Shown: positions 17,931-26,091 of the stretch, one piece after another
Numbering within the stretch: position 1 is the stretch's first letter
Layout of the letters: each line of letters begins with the position of its first letter
Origin: a virus
Virus record (IMG/VR): IMGVR_UViG_3300016657_000126
Coordinates: 88,885 to 152,884 of that record
DNA length: 64,000 bases
Direction: 5' to 3' (one strand)
Notes under the pieces: model-generated
The model's input: only the letters and a program-made list of their open reading frames with translations
What the model was told of the DNA's origin: nothing
The model's database searches: none
Position numbers and translations under genes: made by a program

Positions 17931-19098
17931 GACGCAGGAGTTCACGCCAAGTCTCGGCACGCGCCGGACTCATGTCCACTCCTTGTTCGAGCGCTGCCTG
18001 CGAGTCGGCGCGCGCCATGGCGCCGAACAAGGCGGTGGCGGCGACGAGCGACTCGCGCGCACCGGATTCATCACCCGCGGCGAAGTGCGCGGCCTTGGCC
18101 ATCAGCGCCGGATAGGCGTCGACGAGCTCGGCGTGCGCGAGGAGGCGGACGGTTTCGCCGATCATGGAATCGTTGGTGGCGGCAGACAGCGCAAGACCGA
18201 CCAGCGGCTCCGGGCAGTCGGCGAGCGCGGCGGAGGCGCCCTTCACCAGGTCGAGCGCGGCGTCCACGCCGACGGTCGCGATGTTGTGACGAAGCTCGTC
18301 AAGGCGCCCGTCGGTGATCGCGCCGATGATGTTGTGGTAGTCGCTTCCGTCGGGCGCGGCGGCGAACGCCATGCGCGCGGCGGTCTCGAAGCCGAGATCG
18401 GTGGGTAGGGAGGCCTCCTTCTCGACGGGCTTGCCGTCGGCACCGTCCGTCTCGTAGGCGAACCGCACGTGCTTCGGTGCCGGGCTGCGCGGCTTGGTCT
18501 TGTCGGAAAATTGCTTGTCGAGCGCGGAGTAGGCGAGCGTTCCAGACCCGGCGGCCAGGAGCAGTGCGAGCGCCACGGGCGAGGAAAGGAGCGCTTCGGA
18601 GAAGGCCATGGGCTTGCCGCCGGCGGCCGCCGCCTCTTTGACGCCGGCATCGTCTTGCGCGGGTTTCGGATCCTCGGACTTCGGTGCGGTTTCCTTCGGC
18701 GCCTTCTCTTTGGGCATGGGCGCCTGCTTCGGCTTGGGCGTTAGACGCGACAGCCAGATCTGCTGCGCCGAATCCAGTTGGCTCTGCAGGTCACGGCGCT
18801 TGAGCTCCTGGATCAACTTGCGCGTGAGCATCGCGCCTCCGATCGTCCCGAGCGCGCCACCGGCGATGGCAATGCCAGGCCCGAGGCCCGCCTGCTTGAC
18901 CGAAGAGGGCACGCGGACGACCAGCGTATCATCGTCCTTGCTCGTGTCCTTGGCGGCGTCCTGCTTCATGTCGCGCAGCTGTCCGAGCAGAGCCAGCATC
19001 AACGCGCCAGACACGCCGGCACCAATACCGGCGCCGGTGAACTTGGTGATGAGACGCTTGTCGCGACCGTCGAGGCTAGCGAATGAGAGCTTGTTCAT
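17917..19098 (-). CDS. Putative virion protein with Gly-rich hydrophobic segments
   Basis: Three GAGIGAG / IAGGALG / LALLLAAGSG segments and repeated K-x-A; lies downstream of the portal. Confidence 0.6.
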   Translation of the reverse strand: MNKLSFASLDGRDKRLITKFTGAGIGAGVSGALMLALLGQLRDMKQDAAKDTSKDDDTLVVRVPSSVKQAGLGPGIAIAGGALGTIGGAMLTRKLIQELKRRDLQSQLDSAQQIWLSRLTPKPKQAPMPKEKAPKETAPKSEDPKPAQDDAGVKEAAAAGGKPMAFSEALLSSPVALALLLAAGSGTLAYSALDKQFSDKTKPRSPAPKHVRFAYETDGADGKPVEKEASLPTDLGFETAARMAFAAAPDGSDYHNIIGAITDGRLDELRHNIATVGVDAALDLVKGASAALADCPEPLVGLALSAATNDSMIGETVRLLAHAELVDAYPALMAKAAHFAAGDESGARESLVAATALFGAMARADSQAALEQGVDMSPARAETWRELLRHASL

Positions 19099-19107
19099 GT
19101 CTGGAAA

Positions 19108-19518
19108 TTACGGCGCTTTTGGTTTCGGGGGCAACGAAGGCGTTGGCGCGATCTGCATATACTGCAGACGGACGTAGCGAAGAACCACCATCAGCCCGTT
19201 CGGCATGGGCTGCTCGGTTCGCCCCTTCAGCATGATTTTAGGCGCGTCGGCCGGGTGCGCCTGCTGGAGGAAATCGTTGAGCGCGTTGAGCTGCTCTGGG
19301 ATCGTGAACGTGGCGTATTGCTCGGCCGAACTGAAGCGCCAGGTGTTGGGGAACTCGGTCATCTGATGCGCGACAGACGGCGCATCACCCCACGGTCCCT
19401 CGAAGTGCTTTGGCGTAGGCGGAGGCACGTCCGACACGCCGGAGCAGCGGAACGCCTCGTTGAACTGCCCGCCTGTCGTGCCTTGCTTTGGCACGCCAGT
19501 GCCGTGGAAAGAACGCAT
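19108..19518 (-). CDS. Hypothetical protein in the portal cluster
   Basis: 136 aa ORF with tight tiling. Confidence 0.65.
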   Translation of the reverse strand: MRSFHGTGVPKQGTTGGQFNEAFRCSGVSDVPPPTPKHFEGPWGDAPSVAHQMTEFPNTWRFSSAEQYATFTIPEQLNALNDFLQQAHPADAPKIMLKGRTEQPMPNGLMVVLRYVRLQYMQIAPTPSLPPKPKAP

Positions 19519-19519
19519 G

Positions 19520-20053
19520 TCAGGAGGCTACTTCACTGGAAGCCATGCGCGCTTTCAGCTCGTCGGAGATCTGGCGATAATAAGCCACGCGCGCCTTCAG
19601 TTCCTCGTTCTTTTCGTCGTCTCGATTGACCGATCGATTCGCCATGAAGGCGAGACTGCCAAGCGCGCCACCGGCCAGAGCGCTGCCACCGAGGAGCACC
19701 TTCAGGATGTCCGGGGTGAATGCCACCGAGCGGGTGACGAGCGGGAGCGTGATGTTGCGTCCGACGTTGGTGATTCCGGCGCTCTTTACCACGTCCTGCG
19801 CGATGCGCCCGAGCCGCACGACGAGCGGATTCTCGGGCGACTCGAGGGCGGCTTTCTTGAGGAGGTGCGCTTCCTTGGAGGTGCCCTCGCCGGCCCCCTC
19901 CATGCACGCGTAGCCGAGCGCGCAGAAGAACGGCGTGTGCATGTCGCCGAACACCTCGCCGGCGCCCTTGATGATGCCGGCGTCGTCGGGCGAGGCTCCG
20001 TGTTCGAGACACGCGATTAGATTGCCTAGCGTAGTGGCGGTGGGAGAGTGCAT
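19520..20053 (-). CDS. Putative virion protein with one Gly-rich hydrophobic segment
   Basis: VLLGGSALAGGALGSLAF followed by a charged helix; IKGAG, LKKAA, VKSAG. Confidence 0.6.
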   Translation of the reverse strand: MHSPTATTLGNLIACLEHGASPDDAGIIKGAGEVFGDMHTPFFCALGYACMEGAGEGTSKEAHLLKKAALESPENPLVVRLGRIAQDVVKSAGITNVGRNITLPLVTRSVAFTPDILKVLLGGSALAGGALGSLAFMANRSVNRDDEKNEELKARVAYYRQISDELKARMASSEVAS

Positions 20054-20062
20054 GGAGAACTT

Positions 20063-20797
20063 CTAGCCAAAGAAACTGCGCGCGCCAAGAGAGCGCTGAC
20101 CGAGCGCGTTCCGCGGAGTGGAAAAGTGGGAACCGAGCATGGCGCCTGCGGCGGCGCCCAGCGCGAGAGGAAGCAGGCCCTTGCCCATCAGGAAACGGAG
20201 CACGAGAGCTCCGATCGTGGCGCCGCCGGCGGTAGAGAGGAACTGCACCAGCTGCTTCAGTTCACCGCTGGACAGGGACTGGACGGCTGAGGCGGCGGCT
20301 GCGCGCTGCGCAAAGTCGATAGAGCTGTCCTGTGCGAGAGCCGCGATCACGGTCTGCTCGATGTCCGCCGGACTCATGGAGCGCAGCGTGCTGGCGCGCT
20401 TCTGTACGCTGCCGAGGTAGGCGCCGGCACCGGCGCCGAGGAGTGCGCCGAGAGCGCCGACGCGGTCGGGGGACAAAGAGCCGCCGCGCACCATGTTTAC
20501 GAGCGAGGCGCCGCCGTATCCAAGCAGACCGCCGAGCGCGCCGGTGGAGAGCGCGCCAAACAGCGCACCATTACCCCACAGTTTGTTACCCACGCCCTGC
20601 ATCCAAGGGAGCGCGCGGCGGCCGGCGCGCCCGATCCCGGCCCCGAGAGAATCGTCAGGTCCGCCAGGCACCTTCGGCGCCAGCGCCCCGGCCGCATCAT
20701 TGCGACCCGCGAACGCGCCGAAGTCGCCCGCGGGCATCGGCGCCAGGCGCGAAGAGAAGAGAGATGCGACAGAGGGCGGCGCGAATGTGGTGCTCAT
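20063..20797 (-). CDS. Glycine-zipper putative virion/membrane protein
   Basis: GALGGLLGYGG, GALGALLGAGAGAYLG, LALGAAAGAMLG. Confidence 0.6.
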   Translation of the reverse strand: MSTTFAPPSVASLFSSRLAPMPAGDFGAFAGRNDAAGALAPKVPGGPDDSLGAGIGRAGRRALPWMQGVGNKLWGNGALFGALSTGALGGLLGYGGASLVNMVRGGSLSPDRVGALGALLGAGAGAYLGSVQKRASTLRSMSPADIEQTVIAALAQDSSIDFAQRAAAASAVQSLSSGELKQLVQFLSTAGGATIGALVLRFLMGKGLLPLALGAAAGAMLGSHFSTPRNALGQRSLGARSFFG

Positions 20798-21018
20798 CAG
20801 GGTGCGGGGCGCGACTCGCCCAAGGAGCTTCCATGCCCGGTCCCCGCCACGTTACCCTGGTTCGCCTCCCACACCGGCGGTGGCGTGCCGGTGTCCGCCG
20901 GATCATCGTCATTCACGCCCGCGGCCTGGTTGGAGACGGGATGCGTGACATCGGCCTGCGGCGGCTTGATTCCGCTGATGGTCGTGTAAACGCGCTCGAA
21001 ATGGATCTTCGGCTTCAC
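20797..21018 (-). CDS. Small hypothetical protein
   Basis: 73 aa; the stop overlaps the next start. Confidence 0.5.
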   Translation of the reverse strand: MKPKIHFERVYTTISGIKPPQADVTHPVSNQAAGVNDDDPADTGTPPPVWEANQGNVAGTGHGSSLGESRPAP

Positions 21019-21026
21019 GGGCTAAT

Positions 21027-23750
21027 TCACGCCGCCTGCTGACCCTGCGTCAACTGCTGCACCGCCTGCGAACCTGTCTGGCGGCGGAGACGCTCGGCCT
21101 TCTCCTTGACCAAGGCATGCAGCTGCGGATCGGAGCCGCGGAGGTAGTCGTAGAGGCGCTGCTGAGTGCCGGCGTCGGACTGAACGACCTGCTGCGCGTA
21201 TTGGTCGGCCTTGGCCATGATGTCCTGCGGAGATATGCCTGCGCCGCTTCCGCCGTCGGCCGGAGTGGCACCGGCGCCGCTGGGCGCGCCGAGAGTCCCT
21301 TGGGAGAACTCCTTTTCCAAACGCGCCTGCATCTCGGCCTTCGCCCGCTCGATCTCCATGTCCTCCTCGAGGCGACGGCGAACCTCTTCAACCGGGTCCT
21401 CGATGTTAAGAAACTGGAAGGCGCGCGTGCGGGAGACTTCGCCGCTGGCGGCCATCTGCACGATGATCGACCTGGCATCGAGGTCGTCGGCGGTGGACGG
21501 CGTTTTTAGTGAAACGTCGAGCTGCTCACGGTCGAGGAAGCGGGAAACCTCTCCGTTAACCCAGCGAGTGATGCGGGAGAAGTTTCTGAAAATGTGGAAG
21601 AAGTGATTCTCGAAAAGACGGAGCGAAATCGGCATCGCCTGCACGTTCATCGATCCGTTCCAAAGCTCGATCGGGTAGCCGGCGGCCTCGTTTACCTCGT
21701 TCTTCTGGAACATGAGACTGTCCTTCGGAGCGAGGACGCGGCCAGCGACATCGGTCTCCTGCAGCTGGACTGGGAACGGGAGAGAGTGCAGCGCGAACGG
21801 GTCGGAACGACGACGCTCGATCATCTGCCCGACGAAGCTGGTCCAGATGGGCGCCAGCATCTCGACGTCAGCGCCTGCCTGCCCGCCGGTGGCACCCGGG
21901 GTGATCATGCGCAGCGGGAGCATGTAGTCGAGGGCGACGGCCTCGTCGATCTTCCGAAGCACCTGCATCTGGAAGAGGGAACGGTAGTTCGCGATCGGAC
22001 CAGGCAGGCCCCAGCCGGAATTGGAAATGCCGCTGATGGTCGGCCCCTTCATGTGGAAGACGGCGCGCTCGTTGAACAGGTAATCCTGGTCGGCGCGCAC
22101 AGCCTCAAGCATGGAACGCGGGGTGAAATTCACCTCGTGCAGCACACCCTGCTTCACGTTACGGAGGAAGTCGGGCGGGAAGCGGTAGCACACCCGCGCG
22201 GTGCCTGCCATGGTGCTCGGAATCAGCGTGACGTAGCGCGGATCCAGGAGGCGGAGGCGAATTCGCGACGGGTCGCGAACGATGCGATCGACGAACGGCA
22301 GCTCGACACGGGCACGCTTGTGCATCGGGCGCTCGACCTCGCGGGGGTCCGGCACCGAGTATTTCATGCGCCCCAGATTGAACTGGGCCAGGTCGCCGAA
22401 CTGCGCGAGGTTCCATTCGATCTGGCGACCGCCGCGGAGGTCAACCAACACACGGTCGAAAGGAAAGTAAATCCAGGGGAAACTGTTACCGTAGCACTGC
22501 TTTGTGAGGATGGCGTTACCTACCACCATCGTGTGCGTGACCATCTCCACACAACAGAACACCTCTTCCACGCGCTCCGTCTCTCGCACCGCTTTAACGG
22601 CGATGAGCTTTCCGTAATTGCACGCTGGGTCGAAGTTCCTCTCGAAGTTCAGACGGTGCTCCGGAATCAGGAAATCTTCCGGGCGCATAAAGCGCTTCAG
22701 GAGAGTGAGGAGGTGAAGCTCGTGATCTTCGTAGGCGCGCCCGAGAATTTCGGTATCACGCACCTGCGAGTGAATTTTACCAGCCGCCATACCGATGCGC
22801 GGCAGCTGGTCGTAGATAGCCTCCAGCACAGAGCGATCAACTTGAGCCAGAATCACACTACCGTCGCGACGGAAGCAATGCCCGTCCGCGGCGAGGAATC
22901 CACTGACGAAACCATACCAGAATGAGGGGCTGGCATCGGCGCGGGGCATTTCGCTCATCCACTTGGGTAGCCCATGGACTACCACGCAGCCGTCCCGGTG
23001 CTTGTCGGGAACCGGCGCGCATCCGACTCCTTCGAAGAAAGGCAGCATGGCGGCGTCTTTGTCTCCAAAGAATCGCGCGATCGAACGAGTGCGGCGGGCT
23101 GAGCCGTCACCGAAAACAAACCCATTCCGGACGCCGTCAAGGTAGTCGGCATTCTTTGGCGGGCGCGGGGCGACCGTGCGCGCGATGCGGTGCCCGGGGA
23201 GCAAGTCGCGCGTAGTCACGACGCGCTCTGCACCGCTCATGTTGCGGATCTCCCACTGATGCTCGGGTGTGGCCGCCATGCGTTGACCATCACTGAACTC
23301 GACTTCCATGAGGCGCTGCACGCCGTAGGATTTGAAGTCGGCCGGGCGGAAGACGCCGCCCTTAGACAGCACCTCCACGCGCCGCCCCGTCAGCTCACGA
23401 ATAGGGAACACGCCCTCCCGGGTGGTCACCTTGGTCTCTCCGGCAAAGCACGCGTGCTCGTTTCCCGCGGTGAGAAGGAACTCGAGCATACCAAGCTCAT
23501 CCTTCATGTAGGTGAGCCAGTCGCCGCGCTCCTTCACGCCGCCCTTCTTGGAGTCGAACTTGAAGTCGGTGACGAAGTAGCTGCTCGTGCGTTCCGCCGC
23601 CTTGGCATAGGCGGGATTCATGTAATAAAGGAACAGCGCGAAATCCATGACCGACTGGTGGTCGGTCGGCATAACCGAGCTACTGGGCAGCAGGAACGGG
23701 TCGTTAAAGCGACGCGCGCTCTGGCCGAATGCAGAAGTTCCCAGGATCAT
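21027..23750 (-). CDS. Portal-like protein, intein-containing
   Basis: About 590 aa after intein removal. Has the YGNSF motif, a VFHMK...GWGLP segment and a C-terminal acidic coiled coil (EEVRRRLEEDMEIER), and heads a structural-type cluster. Confidence 0.75.
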   Translation of the reverse strand: MILGTSAFGQSARRFNDPFLLPSSSVMPTDHQSVMDFALFLYYMNPAYAKAAERTSSYFVTDFKFDSKKGGVKERGDWLTYMKDELGMLEFLLTAGNEHACFAGETKVTTREGVFPIRELTGRRVEVLSKGGVFRPADFKSYGVQRLMEVEFSDGQRMAATPEHQWEIRNMSGAERVVTTRDLLPGHRIARTVAPRPPKNADYLDGVRNGFVFGDGSARRTRSIARFFGDKDAAMLPFFEGVGCAPVPDKHRDGCVVVHGLPKWMSEMPRADASPSFWYGFVSGFLAADGHCFRRDGSVILAQVDRSVLEAIYDQLPRIGMAAGKIHSQVRDTEILGRAYEDHELHLLTLLKRFMRPEDFLIPEHRLNFERNFDPACNYGKLIAVKAVRETERVEEVFCCVEMVTHTMVVGNAILTKQCYGNSFPWIYFPFDRVLVDLRGGRQIEWNLAQFGDLAQFNLGRMKYSVPDPREVERPMHKRARVELPFVDRIVRDPSRIRLRLLDPRYVTLIPSTMAGTARVCYRFPPDFLRNVKQGVLHEVNFTPRSMLEAVRADQDYLFNERAVFHMKGPTISGISNSGWGLPGPIANYRSLFQMQVLRKIDEAVALDYMLPLRMITPGATGGQAGADVEMLAPIWTSFVGQMIERRRSDPFALHSLPFPVQLQETDVAGRVLAPKDSLMFQKNEVNEAAGYPIELWNGSMNVQAMPISLRLFENHFFHIFRNFSRITRWVNGEVSRFLDREQLDVSLKTPSTADDLDARSIIVQMAASGEVSRTRAFQFLNIEDPVEEVRRRLEEDMEIERAKAEMQARLEKEFSQGTLGAPSGAGATPADGGSGAGISPQDIMAKADQYAQQVVQSDAGTQQRLYDYLRGSDPQLHALVKEKAERLRRQTGSQAVQQLTQGQQAA
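22497..23450 (-). mobile_element. Gln-terminated intein with LAGLIDADG endonuclease (318 aa)
   Basis: Starts CFAGETKVTTREG, has block B ATPEHQW, NGFVFGDGS and SGFLAADGH, block F EEVFCCVE, and ends ILTKQ followed by C+1. Confidence 0.9.
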
Positions 23751-23914
23751 TTGCGCTCGATCTTGGGCTCAACCGGCACCTCAGGCAACCGCAGGTTCGC
23801 GTCTTCCACGACCGCGGCCGATTTGACGGGCTCGCCGTCAACGGTTTTAGCCGCCCGCTTCCCCGTCAGCACGCAAGGGGTGTTCTTCGACACTCGGGAG
23901 TCTTTTTCCATCAT
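23747..23914 (-). CDS. Small 55 aa protein not in the ORF track
   Basis: Own translation MMEKDSRVSKNTPCVLTGKRAAKTVDGEPVKSAAVVEDANLRLPEVPVEPKIERK*. Its TGA overlaps the portal ATG (ATGA). Confidence 0.6.
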   Translation of the reverse strand: MMEKDSRVSKNTPCVLTGKRAAKTVDGEPVKSAAVVEDANLRLPEVPVEPKIERK

Positions 23915-24458
23915 CTCCGGATAGTCGCAGAAACGAAATTACCGAGCAAGGAAAGACCCCGGACTTACCAGCTTGCGTAACCGCCATCACGATGTGTTGA
24001 ACGCCTTGGTAGCGCATCGTGAACTCGGTGGACTGCTTCGGCGCCAACGCGCTGTCGCCGGAAATGGGAAGCAGAAGCGTGATCAGCTGCGGAGTGATGA
24101 TAACGTCCAACGCCATCACCGTGATGTCCGCGATCGGATGTTCAAGCACGACAGGGCGCAGCTCGAACACAGGAGCAACCGGAGATTGCTTTTGAGCCTG
24201 CGCGACGGCCGGGAGTGCGGGCTCGGCGACCTGCTGCGTCTCGTTTGCCTGCGGGGTTTGCTCGGACGCCGGCTCCGGCTCCTCCATATCGTCTACGGGT
24301 TCGACGTCCGGTAGGGGGACGCGCGCGTGTGAAAGGTCGACCGGCTTGGACGGGCCGCTACTGGCGCTCGCCTTCGCGCGTTCGAAAGCGGATCGACGCG
24401 CGGCCTCGAGGGCCGGAGGAAGGCGCTGGGTGGGATACGCGTCGTGAGTTGAACTCAT
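23847..24458 (-). CDS. Hypothetical protein
   Basis: Disordered N-half and beta-rich C-half; ATGA overlap with the upstream gene. Confidence 0.65.
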   Translation of the reverse strand: MSSTHDAYPTQRLPPALEAARRSAFERAKASASSGPSKPVDLSHARVPLPDVEPVDDMEEPEPASEQTPQANETQQVAEPALPAVAQAQKQSPVAPVFELRPVVLEHPIADITVMALDVIITPQLITLLLPISGDSALAPKQSTEFTMRYQGVQHIVMAVTQAGKSGVFPCSVISFLRLSGDDGKRLPSVEEHPLRADGEAGG

Positions 24459-25138
24459 ATTGGCGGCGGAGGGGTTCTAAGTTGAGCGATGACTGCGGAA
24501 TCGAACCGCTCCGCTGTTTTTATGCGGAGCGATTTGTTATTACGAAAGTTTTTTAGCGTGCTCAGCACGTTGACGTAAAGGTCGGGTTGTAGCGCGTGCG
24601 AGGCTATCAACTGCGCGGGATCCCTTCGGTGATCGGCGATAACGACGGAAGGTGTCGGATTTCTCCCAGAGCCGGGATCGTAGTGGATCTGGAACACCGT
24701 GGATTTGTCCACGGCCACGGCCAGCAGCGGGCGGGTTTCGCGCGCGGTCGATAGGGCGAGCTCTGTGTCGAAGCCGGCTATACCCAGCTGCTCCATGAGC
24801 TCGAACATCAGACGACGGCACGAGCGTTCTGAGATTTGCGCCTGGCCCGCCAGGAGAGCGCACATCAGCTGGAACTGCTCGACCTGCTTTTCGCGCGCGG
24901 TGGCGTTAACTTTGGCACGGACAGCGTTCGCGTAGGATGAACCTAACCCACGAAACCAGCCGCGCACCTCGCCCGGTTTTCGTGTCAGTGGTATCGCCTG
25001 GTGCTTTTTATACTTATACCAAGTGGGACGGCTGATACCGGCGCGCCTGCAAAACTCGGAGACGGAGAACTTGTCGCACAGACGAGACAGTGCCGCGAAA
25101 ATTGCGGCACTGTCTTCCTTGCTGATGAGCTCCCGCAT
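24455..25138 (-). CDS. HTH (XRE-like) DNA-binding protein
   Basis: FSVSEFCRRAGISRPTWYKY; start reassigned to MRELISKE just after the 25140 stop. Confidence 0.7.
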   Translation of the reverse strand: MRELISKEDSAAIFAALSRLCDKFSVSEFCRRAGISRPTWYKYKKHQAIPLTRKPGEVRGWFRGLGSSYANAVRAKVNATAREKQVEQFQLMCALLAGQAQISERSCRRLMFELMEQLGIAGFDTELALSTARETRPLLAVAVDKSTVFQIHYDPGSGRNPTPSVVIADHRRDPAQLIASHALQPDLYVNVLSTLKNFRNNKSLRIKTAERFDSAVIAQLRTPPPPI

Positions 25139-25139
25139 C

Positions 25140-25349
25140 TCAGGCGGCGGGAGCAGAAGCACCCGCCTTCTTTTGATTGAGGACCTCTTGGCGAATGCCG
25201 CTGAGGCGTTGATCACGCTCCTGGTAATCGGAGCGGTAGCTGTCGAGGGTGCTGTCGATCTTGTCGGCGGGGACGCCGCTGATAGCGGCGTGCGACACGA
25301 AGCCAAGTTCGCGCGCGGATTGGATTTCTTGCTCGGTGGGTTCGTCCAT
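25140..25349 (-). CDS. Small hypothetical protein
   Basis: 69 aa, tiles exactly between the RNAP fragment and the HTH gene. Confidence 0.65.
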   Translation of the reverse strand: MDEPTEQEIQSARELGFVSHAAISGVPADKIDSTLDSYRSDYQERDQRLSGIRQEVLNQKKAGASAPAA

Positions 25350-25350
25350 T

Positions 25351-26091
25351 TTAGTCGGGGAGTTTCACCGAGAGATCTTGTGTGTCCTCCGGTGAAAGCC
25401 AAATAAAATCCCCGTCGCGATTCACGAAGCGCTGATAGATTTTATTGTCGCTGCCGAGTTTTGTCCCGGTCGCGGCGCGAACATCAACACCGGCGAGTTC
25501 ACTTTCCGGACCCTCGGTCGCGGAAACGAACCCGAACTGCGAGGCATCGACTGCCTGCATCTCTGGTGTGATCGCATCTGAAGAACCGATACCGCCAGGA
25601 CCCATGTGCGTGAGCCGGCGCGCCTGTTCAACGAGGTGCAGCGGGTTGATCTCCTCGAGCGGAAGCGCGAGAGGATTTCCGTTTATCATACCGTCAACGT
25701 AGCTGTCGAAAGCGCCGGGCTGAAGGGCGGACAATGAACGCTTGCGCGCTACGAGCGCGGCGATCTGGCGTCGCGCTCGGTCGGCGTCCAGTCGAATGCG
25801 CTCTTTCAGGAAAGCCGCCGGCGTCATCACGCGTTTGTAGGCGTAGTGGTCCCGGTTATCCGGCGTCGCCACGCCGCGGTTAACGTCGAGCAGCTTGGAG
25901 GACGCTTCGACGATGGCCCCGACGCCGACCGGAACGTAGGGCTCGGGATCGTCTTTGTCCAAGACGATCATCGGCGCGTTGAGTGCCGGCGCTTTTTGTT
26001 TCGGAGCTTCAGCAGGCGCGGCAGGCGCGGAGAGAGGAGACACCATGCGCCGCAGCATCGCCGCAGCCTTTTCACGCGAGAAGCCGTTCAT
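25351..26091 (-). CDS. RNA polymerase beta subunit, middle (fork-loop) fragment
   Basis: DNRDHYAYKRV, EEINPL, RRLTHMGPGG, VDASQFG, EGPESELAGV correspond to RpoB DDIDHL.NRR, NPL, RR.SALGPGG, VHPTHYG, ETPEG. Confidence 0.88.
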   Translation of the reverse strand: MNGFSREKAAAMLRRMVSPLSAPAAPAEAPKQKAPALNAPMIVLDKDDPEPYVPVGVGAIVEASSKLLDVNRGVATPDNRDHYAYKRVMTPAAFLKERIRLDADRARRQIAALVARKRSLSALQPGAFDSYVDGMINGNPLALPLEEINPLHLVEQARRLTHMGPGGIGSSDAITPEMQAVDASQFGFVSATEGPESELAGVDVRAATGTKLGSDNKIYQRFVNRDGDFIWLSPEDTQDLSVKLPD

